64,000 bases of DNA. It comes from an uncultured Gammaproteobacteria bacterium. GTDB taxonomy: Bacteria; Patescibacteriota; Patescibacteriia; UBA1558; GWA2-36-10. The first letter of the stretch is position 1; the number at the start of each line of letters is the position of its first letter. The notes under the pieces are model-generated. The model saw only the letters and a list, made by a program, of their open reading frames with translations, was not told the DNA's origin and did no database searches. This document shows positions 36,677 to 46,241 of this stretch, in pieces. A program made the translations under genes and the position numbers. The stretch spans positions 525 to 64,524 of the forward strand of contig CAYRIU010000046.1 of the NCBI GenBank assembly GCA_964424615.1, written 5' to 3'.

Positions 36677-38881
36677 TTATTTCTTGAAAAATGGTTTTTT
36701 ATTATATGGTTTTTTGAAAGGAGGACGCTCAACGTAACCCTCTGGCTTTGGCAACAGGTCTTTGATAGACAAACTGATCTTATTATTAGCTGTATCAACG
36801 TCTACAACTTTGACTTTGGCAGTATCACCAATATTCAAAACATCACTGACCTTCTCTACACGATTGTAGGCTAGCTGAGAAATATGCACCATGCCATCTT
36901 TACCAGGGACTAGCTCGACGATAGCGCCAATCTCATTGCCAGTGTTTCTATCTTTTATAATCTGAGTCACCTTACCATCATATATTTCACCGATCATGAT
37001 ATCTTTTACAATATTTTCAATCCATTGTTTGGCACGTTGGGCACCATCACTGTCAGTGGAAGTGATCAAAACCAAACCAGTTTGTTCAATATCGATTTGG
37101 ACATTACACTTGGCGATAATTTCATTGATGATCTTACCACCAGTGCCGATGACGTCTCTTATTTTATCTGGATTGATAGTCAAAGTAATGATGCGAGGAG
37201 CATATTGAGACAACTCCACTCTAGGAGTAGCAATAGCTTTTTTCATGACTTCCAAAATCTGCAATCTAGCCACTCGAGCTTTCTCTAAAGTCTCTCTGAC
37301 GATACCATAGCTGATACCGCCAAGTTTGATATCAAGCTGTATAGCAGTGATACCAGCTTCTGTGCCAGCCACTTTGAAATCCATGTGTCCAGCATGATCT
37401 TCTATGCCCTGGATATCAGTAAGTAATTGATAGCGGTTCTTATCTTCTTCATCCAAAACCAAACCCATAGCAATACCAGCAACTGGTGCTGTGATAGGCA
37501 CGCCAGCATCCATCAATGATAATGTGGAACCACAGATTGAGGCCTGTGAGGATGATCCGTTGGATTCTAATACTTCTGATACTACACGAATAGTATAGGG
37601 GAAATTTTCATCCTTTGGTAACACTGGCACCAAAGCTTTTTCAGCTAAAGCACCATGGCCAATCTCACGTCTACCTGGGCCACGCAAAGGCTTCACCTCA
37701 CCCACAGAAAATCCTGGGAAGTTGTAGTGATGCATATATTTTTTGGCGCCAGATTCTTCCATCGAGTCTAGAGTCTGTTCGTCACCAGGTGCTCCCAGTG
37801 TCACGACTGACAAAACTTGGGTCTCACCACGAGTAAACAAGCCACTACCATGAGTACGAGGCAAAAGTGCTACTTCAGCAGCCAGTGGTCTGATCTCATC
37901 CATCTGACGACCATCTGGTCTTTTCTTCTTATCCAAGACTAGAGACTTAAAAGCTTTTTCCAAGGCCATATCAAACATAGAAACACCCATGGCTCTACCA
38001 TCTTTACTAACTTCATTGTCACTTTTAAGTAATTGGTCTAGCTCAACTTTGACTTCTTCTATAGCCTTCTTTGTTTTTGATTTGTCAGCATGAAAACAAG
38101 CGCTCAAATCTCTGCTCTGCAAAAAATTTACAACTTTTTCTTCAATCATTTTTTGCATAGCCTGCTTATCAGCGTCTACTATCACTTCACGTTTTGGCAC
38201 GCCAGCTTGCTTGATCACATCCTCAATAAAAGATATTAATTTTTTGATATGTTTACCAGCAAAATCAATAGCTCCTGCCATGTCTTCTTCTTTGACTTGG
38301 TGAGCTCCAGCTTCAATCATCACTACTTCTTCGGCAGAGCTGACCACAAACAAATCCAAATCACTCTTTTGTCTAGCTTCGACAGTAGGGTTGATCACTA
38401 GCTCATTATTGATACGACCAATTTTGACAGCTCCTACTGGACCATTCCATGGTATGGGTGATATACCCAAAGCTATAGAAGCAGCTATCAAGCTAGGAAA
38501 TTCTGGATCATTGATACCGTCATAACACAAGACTGTCAAAACCACCTGCACATCAGCACGATCTGTTTCTTTGAATAGCGGTCTGATAGAGCGATCAATC
38601 AAGCGTGAAGTCAAAACAGCTTCGTCAGTTGCCCGACCTTCTCTTTTGATAAAGCGTGAGCCTTTGATTTTACCAGCAGCATAAAGACGCTCTTCATAAT
38701 CCACTAGTAGTGGAAAATAATCCACTCCTTCTCTAGCCTGTGAGGCCATGACGCTCGTAGCCAAAACTACTGTATCCCCATAGGAAACAGTACAAGAACC
38801 ATGAGCTTGTTTTGCTAGCTTACCGATCTCTACTTTGAGCTCTCGGCCAGCCACTTCGGTAGTAAATTGTTTACTAGCCAT
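36677..38881 (-). CDS. pnp: polyribonucleotide nucleotidyltransferase
   Basis: YFPLLVDYEER, RREIGHG, ESNGSSS and DFKVAG; KH and S1 domains. Confidence 0.97.
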   Translation of the reverse strand: MASKQFTTEVAGRELKVEIGKLAKQAHGSCTVSYGDTVVLATSVMASQAREGVDYFPLLVDYEERLYAAGKIKGSRFIKREGRATDEAVLTSRLIDRSIRPLFKETDRADVQVVLTVLCYDGINDPEFPSLIAASIALGISPIPWNGPVGAVKIGRINNELVINPTVEARQKSDLDLFVVSSAEEVVMIEAGAHQVKEEDMAGAIDFAGKHIKKLISFIEDVIKQAGVPKREVIVDADKQAMQKMIEEKVVNFLQSRDLSACFHADKSKTKKAIEEVKVELDQLLKSDNEVSKDGRAMGVSMFDMALEKAFKSLVLDKKKRPDGRQMDEIRPLAAEVALLPRTHGSGLFTRGETQVLSVVTLGAPGDEQTLDSMEESGAKKYMHHYNFPGFSVGEVKPLRGPGRREIGHGALAEKALVPVLPKDENFPYTIRVVSEVLESNGSSSQASICGSTLSLMDAGVPITAPVAGIAMGLVLDEEDKNRYQLLTDIQGIEDHAGHMDFKVAGTEAGITAIQLDIKLGGISYGIVRETLEKARVARLQILEVMKKAIATPRVELSQYAPRIITLTINPDKIRDVIGTGGKIINEIIAKCNVQIDIEQTGLVLITSTDSDGAQRAKQWIENIVKDIMIGEIYDGKVTQIIKDRNTGNEIGAIVELVPGKDGMVHISQLAYNRVEKVSDVLNIGDTAKVKVVDVDTANNKISLSIKDLLPKPEGYVERPPFKKPYNKKPFFKK

Positions 38882-38897
38882 ATTATTTTCTTTCTCT

Positions 38898-38993
38898 GGC
38901 AAGGGCTAGATATAGTTGATGTGACAAATTACAGACAACTTGATTAAGCTATCTACAATCTGCCAACCAACCCCACACTAGCTGCATCTTGCC
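38898..38993 (-). promoter_or_regulatory. long hairpin in the pnp leader (putative RNase III site)
   Basis: 20-bp G:U-rich helix TGGCAGATTGTAGATAGCTT/AAGTTGTCTGTAATTTGTCA within a GGCAAG/CTTGCC stem. Confidence 0.65.
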
Positions 38994-39044
38994 TTAATTA
39001 ATTTTTATACAAGAGCCCTGTAAAAATACAGGGCCTTTGTTTAT

Positions 39045-39401
39045 TTACTCTTTATCTTTTTCTTCTTCCTCACCACTCTCTTCTGGAGCACCGAGCACAA
39101 TCTCATCTCGTAAAGCGTCATTCTTTTCTTTCTTGCTAAACTTCAAACCCAAGGTGTTTAACAATTTAGTAAAGCGTTTTTCATCCTCACGCTCCAAATA
39201 ACGCAATAATTTGTGACGAAGAGACACTTTGGCGATCAAACCACGGCGAGAAGAAAAATCTTTTTTATTCTCTTTCAAATGTCTGGTCAATTCTTTGATC
39301 TCCTCGGTAAGGATAGCAATCTGCACCTCTGGAGAACCAGTGTCGTTTTTGTGAGTCTTAAACTTTTCAATGAGTTTAAGCTTCTTTTTCTTGTCCAACA
39401 T
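39045..39401 (-). CDS. rpsO: 30S ribosomal protein S15 with an acidic C-terminal tail
   Basis: DTGSPEVQIAILT and KKDFSSRRGL. Confidence 0.95.
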   Translation of the reverse strand: MLDKKKKLKLIEKFKTHKNDTGSPEVQIAILTEEIKELTRHLKENKKDFSSRRGLIAKVSLRHKLLRYLEREDEKRFTKLLNTLGLKFSKKEKNDALRDEIVLGAPEESGEEEEKDKE

Positions 39402-39552
39402 GTTTTTTCCCTTTATTACCATGTAGCCGAGCAAACCTCTATAGTCAGACTATTGTCAGGTCAAACCAAGCTATAGGTATCAATAATTAAGTGAATGGAT
39501 ATTACCACTTTTAAGCATAAAAGTCAATTTAATAGAGATTTAAGTTCTACTA

Positions 39553-39727
39553 TTGACAAAATAGCTAAAATATGCTATTATTATATATTAATTGCAGTAC
39601 CTTAAAAGTAGCAAATATACAGTTATAGCGCCTAGATTAGCTAATATTCTAGCTAATTTAAGTGCTGTAACTGTAAACAAGACTCAATTCTCTATCCTTA
39701 CATGGTGTAAGAGCAAAGAAGCGAGTC
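39553..39727 (+). promoter_or_regulatory. sigma70 promoter, boxA-like motif and two hairpins
   Basis: TTGACA-17-TATTAT; AGTACCTTAAAAGTAGCAAAT; about 26-bp hairpin at 39618-39675; hairpin at 39681-39727. Confidence 0.7.
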
Positions 39728-39747
39728 AGACCAAGTACGAGGAAGAA

Positions 39748-39915
39748 ATGAAGAACATTCTCAAGGCTTCATTCCTGACCATTGGATATGTCGTGATGAG
39801 CGTCCTGACCGGAATCAAGAACGACAGCCCCATCGTCCTTGTTTTCATAGGGTCGCTAATTTTCTTTGAGGTGCGGGCGCTTCACGACAAACTCGAGCGC
39901 TTGCCCAAGAACTAG
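39748..39915 (+). CDS. 55-aa membrane peptide (array member 1)
   Basis: GAGG RBS; MKNILKASFLTIGYVVMSVLTG...; two hydrophobic stretches. Confidence 0.6.
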   Translation: MKNILKASFLTIGYVVMSVLTGIKNDSPIVLVFIGSLIFFEVRALHDKLERLPKN

Positions 39916-40007
39916 CCAGATCCTTCGCCGAGCCTAACAACTCAACTCCAATTTTCTTACACAATGTAAGGATAAAGGAGTGAGTCAGACCAAGTGCGAG
40001 GGTAAAA

Positions 40008-40094
40008 ATGTCGTGGTCAGACGTCGCCTGTCTCATCGTCGGCATCATGCTGGGGATCATCACGAGAATCATTCGGACGCGCCCCAGGGACTAA
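40008..40094 (+). CDS. 28-aa single-TM peptide (array member 2)
   Basis: MSWSDVACLIVGIMLGIITRIIRTRPRD; upstream region repeats that of member 1. Confidence 0.6.
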   Translation: MSWSDVACLIVGIMLGIITRIIRTRPRD

Positions 40095-40161
40095 CCCTTT
40101 CCTTCGCCGCTATTCGCGAGTAACCAGCCAGCTCACCGACCAACAAAAGTGCGAGAGAGCA

Positions 40162-40260
40162 ATGTCGCTGACAGATTTCATCTGTCTCCTCTGCGGGACA
40201 GTTCTGGGGTTCGTCATTGGCCACACACTCAAGAACCGCCGCAAGAACCGCCGGAGGTAA
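40162..40260 (+). CDS. 32-aa single-TM peptide (array member 3)
   Basis: MSLTDFICLLCGTVLGFVIGHTLKNRRKNRRR; aligns with member 2. Confidence 0.6.
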   Translation: MSLTDFICLLCGTVLGFVIGHTLKNRRKNRRR

Positions 40261-40296
40261 CAACCTCGCTCGTCCATTGCGCACACCTGGCGCATC

Positions 40297-40340
40297 AGAC
40301 CTCGGTAGCATCACACATATGTGAGTGCCGAGGTCTTTTT
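40297..40340 (+). terminator. intrinsic terminator of the peptide array
   Basis: agacctcgg...ccgaggtct followed by a T-run. Confidence 0.75.
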
Positions 40341-40396
40341 CTTTTTGTCAAAAACTCTAGCTACATTTTTGTGTCGTTTTATGATAATATGTATGT

Positions 40397-41215
40397 ATGG
40401 AAAAAAATTCTTTAGCTAAATACAAATTATATTTAAAAAGTAAAGACTTGAAGCCCAGCACCATCAAAAATTATAGCTGGCATGTGGGGCAATTTTTGCT
40501 ATGGTCTGAAAATAAGTCCGCCAGAGGCGGGTCCGCCTCTGGCGGAAAAATAACCGCTCCCCTTTTAAAAAAATATAAAGAATTTTTACTAGCCAAACAA
40601 AAAAATATTGGTAGTATCAATCTACGCCTTATCATCATAAATAACTACCTACACTTTATTGGTATCAGATACTCTTTTGAGCTCCTGACTGAGCACAAAG
40701 ATAGACTAGCTGCTCTCACACCTTTGCAATTACAAAATTTTTTGGACCAACCCTTGAAAAAAAATAACCCTGTTGGTCACAGAGACAAAGCTTTATTAGA
40801 AATTTTATATGCTAGCGGTCTCAAGGTCAGCGACCTAGTCAATCTCCAAAAAAACCAAGTTGATTTTTTGAGTCGCGAAATAATACTAGACAAAAAACAC
40901 ATTACTCTACCACCCTATGCTCTGCACTATCTAGAAAAATATATTAATTTCAGAAAAGATAAAAGTCCTTGGCTATTTATAAACTTTGATCGCAGTAAAA
41001 AAGCTGGCGAAAAACCACTTTCTGTCCGCTCAGTCGAAAGAATGGTAGAAAAATATGCCTTGGCACTACGACCAAGACTAAAAATCACTCCCCAAATACT
41101 GCGCAACACCCTAGCCTACAATCTCAAAAGCCAAGGCGTGACTGGCTCTGGACTCAAAGAAGCTCTACACTTCAAAACAAAAGTAGGCGCCGGTAATTAT
41201 CTAAACAGATTATAA
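40397..41215 (+). CDS. XerC/D-like tyrosine recombinase-fold protein, catalytically degenerate
   Basis: RDKALLEILYASGLKVSDL, LSVRSVERMV and ITPQILRNT. Confidence 0.8.
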   Translation: MEKNSLAKYKLYLKSKDLKPSTIKNYSWHVGQFLLWSENKSARGGSASGGKITAPLLKKYKEFLLAKQKNIGSINLRLIIINNYLHFIGIRYSFELLTEHKDRLAALTPLQLQNFLDQPLKKNNPVGHRDKALLEILYASGLKVSDLVNLQKNQVDFLSREIILDKKHITLPPYALHYLEKYINFRKDKSPWLFINFDRSKKAGEKPLSVRSVERMVEKYALALRPRLKITPQILRNTLAYNLKSQGVTGSGLKEALHFKTKVGAGNYLNRL

Positions 41216-41252
41216 AAAAAGCCCCACTTGCTGGGGGCTATTTTTGATAAAA

Positions 41253-41615
41253 TTATTTCAGATCTCCTATGTAAAAGGCTGGCAATTGCTCTTTAGACTG
41301 TCTGGCATGCATAGTGTTAAAAAATTCTGTCATATCCTTGCCGCAACCTTGTAAAATCTTATCGCCACCTGGATGATTGGGGATAAAACTAGTTACATCA
41401 TAAACCTTGCCATTTGATGCTAGCCAACAATCCTCTCCGGAGGCGTGTTGAGCAACCTCATCCAAGGTGTAGCTAGCAGCCGATGGAGCTTGATTAGTGT
41501 TTTCCATATTTTCTTTATTTTGATTATCCTCTGGTATGGAAATATTATTATTTGCTTTGATTCCACACCCTGTAAGTACCACAGCCATTGCTATGATTAA
41601 TATATATTTTTTCAT
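41253..41615 (-). CDS. lipoprotein with a cytochrome b5-like heme-binding domain
   Basis: Lipobox LTGC; DCW, KVYDVT, HPGG and a second His. Confidence 0.85.
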   Translation of the reverse strand: MKKYILIIAMAVVLTGCGIKANNNISIPEDNQNKENMENTNQAPSAASYTLDEVAQHASGEDCWLASNGKVYDVTSFIPNHPGGDKILQGCGKDMTEFFNTMHARQSKEQLPAFYIGDLK

Positions 41616-41686
41616 ACGATATATTTAACTAATAATTAATAATTTTTGTATTATAGCACAGTTTTTTACTCTACAAAATATGCTTT

Positions 41687-42976
41687 TTAGCTATCCCTCA
41701 AATAACCCCAAGTGTTGAGCTTGTCACTATCTTCATACCAACGATCACCAATATCAGTGCGATAATACATATTGGGTATCATCAGATTGCCGACACGATT
41801 GTAGACGTGCTTTTGGGCTTGCTTCATAGTCAAACCACTACCCGTGATAGTCAATACTACACCTGCCTCACCAGCCACCAACCACTCGCCCTTTTCCATT
41901 TTAGCATCTTCAAAATGCACACCGTCATAATGTGGCTTGCGAAAAAGGATCACGGCGTTTTTGGAAAAAGAATCAAAAGTTGCTGGATCAACAAATGGAT
42001 ATTGAGGCACTATGATCATGACGCCAATCTGAAAACCTTTTTTGGTCTTGATGACAAAATCTTCTCCCGCCGCCATCTTATAAAAAAATTCTCCCATAGG
42101 CATAGCCACACCTTCTTGTTGGATAAAAATAGTAGGGTAGCCAAAACGAGAAGTAAATTCCAAAGGATAGATGCCATTACCATTGACTATACAATTGATA
42201 TCTATATAGCCGACAAAATGCTCCTCGGCTAGTTTGGTTTCCAATTTCTTTAAAGTAGCGTTAAATATTTTGTTGGGCTGACTCCAAAACATACTAGTAC
42301 CCATCTCACCAGTAGATGGTCCCAAATTACCAGGGAATAATTTTTTGTGTTCAAAATTGACATTGATGGGATTCAAAAATTTCTGCCCATTAAAAAAAGC
42401 CCCAATAGCCACCTCTACACCAACTACTCTTTTTTGCAATTGTAACTCAGCTACCTGCTCTGAAAAAACCTTTTTATAGGCCTCAAGCATATGCAAGACA
42501 TCTTGACCATCCTCCTCTTCTCCGATGAATAAAAAAGATTTTGAAACATGAGACTCACCGCTAGATTTGATCACATAGCGACCTGGATTTTTTTTCACAA
42601 AATCAATAGCTTGATCAAAAGAGGTAAATATCTGATAAGGGATGATAGCTATACCAACTTTTTTCATCTCTTCTTGACCAAAGCTACGATCATCTTCTAG
42701 CTTGTCTGTATAGCTAGTACCGCCTATGACTAATTTACCTTTTTTCCTCAGACCCTCAGCTATAGCACCCTGTCCCAAGGTATCATCAAAAACAATCACA
42801 TCGGCCCAGTCTACCCAGTCCTCCCACTTATCGATACGATCTACAAAACCAGTGCCAATGTCGGCAGAGTTTTTATCGCTGATATAGACTTTGACTTGAT
42901 TACCCTCCTTGGCTATGAGCCAAGCGATATCGCACAATAGACCTTCGATACTGATAAATAAAAACTTTTTACCCAT
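41687..42976 (-). CDS. PurD-like ATP-grasp enzyme
   Basis: EHKKLFPGNLGPSTGEMG, LEFTSRFGYP and YYRTDIG. Confidence 0.8.
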   Translation of the reverse strand: MGKKFLFISIEGLLCDIAWLIAKEGNQVKVYISDKNSADIGTGFVDRIDKWEDWVDWADVIVFDDTLGQGAIAEGLRKKGKLVIGGTSYTDKLEDDRSFGQEEMKKVGIAIIPYQIFTSFDQAIDFVKKNPGRYVIKSSGESHVSKSFLFIGEEEDGQDVLHMLEAYKKVFSEQVAELQLQKRVVGVEVAIGAFFNGQKFLNPINVNFEHKKLFPGNLGPSTGEMGTSMFWSQPNKIFNATLKKLETKLAEEHFVGYIDINCIVNGNGIYPLEFTSRFGYPTIFIQQEGVAMPMGEFFYKMAAGEDFVIKTKKGFQIGVMIIVPQYPFVDPATFDSFSKNAVILFRKPHYDGVHFEDAKMEKGEWLVAGEAGVVLTITGSGLTMKQAQKHVYNRVGNLMIPNMYYRTDIGDRWYEDSDKLNTWGYLRDS

Positions 42977-43085
42977 AAAATCGACTAATATTTAGACCCT
43001 TAAATTATATCACTTTGGTCAAAAAAAAGAATAGAGTAAAACAAAAAACCACCTAAAAAATAGCTGGTTCTTTGTCTCAAATAAT

Positions 43086-44855
43086 CTATGAAATAAATCC
43101 ACCAACCTGCTTGGACCACAAGCGCTTATAAAAACCATTGCGAGCCAATAATTCTTGATGTGTGCCCTGCTCTACTATCTGGCCACCCTCTATGACCACT
43201 ATCCTATCCATTTTCATTATAGTAGATAGACGATGAGCAATGACAATCACTGTCTTATTCTTCATGAGATTGGCTAGGGCTTTTTGAATCAACTCTTCAG
43301 ACTCAGAGTCTAGGCTGCTTGTTGCTTCATCCAACACCAAAATTGGTGCATTTTTGATGATAGCTCTTGCTATAGCTATACGCTGTCTTTCACCACCAGA
43401 AAGACGGACTCCTCGTTCACCCACAAAAGTATCATAGCCCTCAGTGAAGCCTTTGATAAACTCATGGCAATGGGCCATCTTGGCTGCTTTGACCACTTGA
43501 TCCTGACTAGAGCCCCAAAGACCATAGGCAATATTTTCACTCAAAGTCCTATGAAACAAAATCGGGTCTTGATTGACCAAGGCAATGTTGGACCAGAGAC
43601 TTTCCTGAGTAACGCGACTTATATTTTGTCCATCGATAGCGATCTGCCCATCACTCAAATCGTGCTGTCTCAGTAAAATACTAGCAATAGTAGATTTACC
43701 ACCACCAGATGGACCGACTATGGCTACTTTTTCTTTTGGCTGAATAGCCAGATTCAAGTCTTTGATGATTTGCCTAGTTTGATTGTAGCTAAAGCTGACT
43801 GCAGAAAATTCTATCTGACCAGCTGTCACTTTTAGTTGCTTAGCTTTTGGCATATCGACAATATCATGAGGAGTTTCCAAAACCTCGGTCATCTCTTGAG
43901 CATCGGCCATAGCTTCATAGTAGTATCTGATGATACGACCGAAATCCCACAAACGATCAAACATATTAATCAAATAAGTTTGGATCAAGACAAAGTCACC
44001 AATGGTCACCAAACCTAATCGCCATAGATGCAGAGCATAAAACATCAGGCCGATTTCCAAGCCAATCATCATCAATGTCTGAACAGATTCAAAATAATTG
44101 GTCAGGTTCCAAGAAAAATTACGTGCTGCTTGAAGCTGGCTAGTTATTTTACGAAAGGCATTATTTTCTCTATTATAGCCGTTGAACAATTTTATATTGA
44201 GCTGATTAGTAATCGTATCAGCCAAAGCACCACTCACTTTAGAATCAAGCTCACTACGCCTAATGTCATATTTTAATTTATAACGACTAAAAACAAAATT
44301 AATAACACAAAATATTATTACCCACAATAACACAGCCATACCTACTAAGATATTACGTCTTGATAAAACGTAAACTATCAGGGAAACATTTATCACTATA
44401 GGTATTAGGTTCCAAGCAAAGACATCCATGATGGAGCCAAAAGAATAAACAAAACGATTTACTTTTTTGACTAGTGAGCCGGCAAAATTATTATTAAAAA
44501 AAGAAACCGAATGTTTATGCAGATAGGCAAAGCAATGATTAAATAAATCCGCCATCACGTGTGTCTGGGCATGACTAGCTGTAAAACTCAAAACCCGCCA
44601 ACATACCCAAGAAAGTAGCTCAAGAACCAAAATCACTAATAATACTTCTGTAAATTGTCCGGAGCTAGCTGCCTCTCCACTCTTGGTCAACAAATCAAAG
44701 AATTTTTTGTAATAAATGGGCACTGCCACCCGCGCCGCTGAAGCCAAAATAATAAAAATCAAGATAACTAAAAAAGAAATACGGTATTTCTTTGCGTATT
44801 GAAAATAATAAGAAAAAGTCTGTTTAGTAAAAGTTTTATTTTTTGTGTCTGCCAT
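43086..44855 (-). CDS. ABC exporter (fused permease + ATPase)
   Basis: GPSGGGKS, LSGGERQR, LDEATS and IAHRLST. Confidence 0.93.
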   Translation of the reverse strand: MADTKNKTFTKQTFSYYFQYAKKYRISFLVILIFIILASAARVAVPIYYKKFFDLLTKSGEAASSGQFTEVLLVILVLELLSWVCWRVLSFTASHAQTHVMADLFNHCFAYLHKHSVSFFNNNFAGSLVKKVNRFVYSFGSIMDVFAWNLIPIVINVSLIVYVLSRRNILVGMAVLLWVIIFCVINFVFSRYKLKYDIRRSELDSKVSGALADTITNQLNIKLFNGYNRENNAFRKITSQLQAARNFSWNLTNYFESVQTLMMIGLEIGLMFYALHLWRLGLVTIGDFVLIQTYLINMFDRLWDFGRIIRYYYEAMADAQEMTEVLETPHDIVDMPKAKQLKVTAGQIEFSAVSFSYNQTRQIIKDLNLAIQPKEKVAIVGPSGGGKSTIASILLRQHDLSDGQIAIDGQNISRVTQESLWSNIALVNQDPILFHRTLSENIAYGLWGSSQDQVVKAAKMAHCHEFIKGFTEGYDTFVGERGVRLSGGERQRIAIARAIIKNAPILVLDEATSSLDSESEELIQKALANLMKNKTVIVIAHRLSTIMKMDRIVVIEGGQIVEQGTHQELLARNGFYKRLWSKQVGGFIS

Positions 44856-44900
44856 ATTTATATAGACGGCTATAAAGTCTACTAATTACAGCGCCCCAAT

Positions 44901-45521
44901 CTACTTTATAATATTAACGGTGCTAGATAGCTTCCCTCGGATAACACCCAAGTCTACTTCCGAATAGTGATTACCTGAGATATCTAAAGTTTTTAAATTT
45001 TTAAGATTGCCTATTTCATAGGGCAAGCCAGTCAATTTATTATTAGACAAATTTAATATTTGTAAATTTTGAAGCTGACCAACTTCGGCTGGTACACCAG
45101 TCATGTTATTGTTGTGAGCGTCCAATATTTTTAATTTACTCATCTTACGAATTTCAGCTGGCAAAGCACCTTCTAGTAAATTATTGTCCAAATATAATTC
45201 TTCCAAACTAGTCAACTGACCAATCTCGGCTGGCAAATTTTTTAAATTATTATTAGATAAAATCAATTTACGGATTTTAGTTTTGGACAACAAACTTACA
45301 GGCAGACTATTCAAGCTCTGAGCACGTAAATCTACGGTATCTGATGAGCTGTCCTGTAAACCAGAATTCGCATTATTATTTGGCTGATTAGTATTAGCAT
45401 TATTATTGGTATTAGTATCAGTCTCTACTCTTGAACTACCAGAGCCCCATAGGCTACAAGCACTGAGTAAAAATAAACTAGAAAATAAAGTAACTATTAT
45501 TAAATATCTTTTGATCATCAT
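44901..45521 (-). CDS. leucine-rich-repeat lipoprotein
   Basis: Lipobox LSAC; LxxLxLxxNxL repeats (LPAEIGQL). Confidence 0.88.
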   Translation of the reverse strand: MMIKRYLIIVTLFSSLFLLSACSLWGSGSSRVETDTNTNNNANTNQPNNNANSGLQDSSSDTVDLRAQSLNSLPVSLLSKTKIRKLILSNNNLKNLPAEIGQLTSLEELYLDNNLLEGALPAEIRKMSKLKILDAHNNNMTGVPAEVGQLQNLQILNLSNNKLTGLPYEIGNLKNLKTLDISGNHYSEVDLGVIRGKLSSTVNIIK

Positions 45522-45582
45522 AGACTTATCTTAATATTCATAGCTTCAATATAGCACGAGCTACAAAATATGAGTAGCTCAA

Positions 45583-46236
45583 TCATTTTTGTAAAAGAGT
45601 CATGGGGTCTAGCCAGGCAGACAAATCCGCTTGCTTCTGTACATAGCCCAATAAAACTATCTGCTGACCATAGTGGATGCTCAAATGCAAATGTTTTCTT
45701 TCACCATCAGTCTCTGAGCTATACCCCTGACCCAAGACAGCCAACTGTTGTCCAGCTGACAACTCTTGACTCACTGCGCTTGTGATACTAGATAATTTAA
45801 GATGTCCATAAAGTACCGTCACTGATTGTTTATTGATTTCACAAGCCTGGACTGCTACTCCGCCATAGCCCGTAGCTTGTTTTTTAAGTAATAATTTACC
45901 AGAACAAATGGCATAAATAGGTACTTCAATATTTTGTTCTGCCTGACTAGTTTCAAAATCAACTCCCGTATGGTAGCCAGAAAATCTCTCTGGACTGACC
46001 GGTGAATCAGTAGGTGATACTTTGAGACCAAAAGGCTTTTTAGTCACCCTAGCTAGAGCGCCAGCTATGGGCTCTGCTATATCATTGATGGATACTAGTG
46101 TCGAGCTGGCTACTTGAATATTTTGGTCATTATTCTGCACAAGAGCTGTGTCTGGAGCTAGAGCTTTTTTATTGACTACCAAAAATACCAAAGCAAGCAA
46201 CAAAACAAAAATAATAACAAAAAATATTCTGCGCAT
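45583..46236 (-). CDS. M23-family peptidase
   Basis: HTGVD, YGH and HLHL. Confidence 0.85.
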   Translation of the reverse strand: MRRIFFVIIFVLLLALVFLVVNKKALAPDTALVQNNDQNIQVASSTLVSINDIAEPIAGALARVTKKPFGLKVSPTDSPVSPERFSGYHTGVDFETSQAEQNIEVPIYAICSGKLLLKKQATGYGGVAVQACEINKQSVTVLYGHLKLSSITSAVSQELSAGQQLAVLGQGYSSETDGERKHLHLSIHYGQQIVLLGYVQKQADLSAWLDPMTLLQK

Positions 46237-46241
46237 AAATA

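Noticed and set aside
39681-40160. CRISPR array
   Set aside because: Only two to three degenerate repeats, separated by ORF-length sequences, and no cas genes in the window
39930-41215. Integron (attC-like GCCTAAC...GTCAGAC next to a tyrosine recombinase)
   Set aside because: Only one unit has RYYYAAC, the right end is not GTTRRRY, and the recombinase lacks the IntI insertion and most catalytic residues; IntegronFinder would settle it
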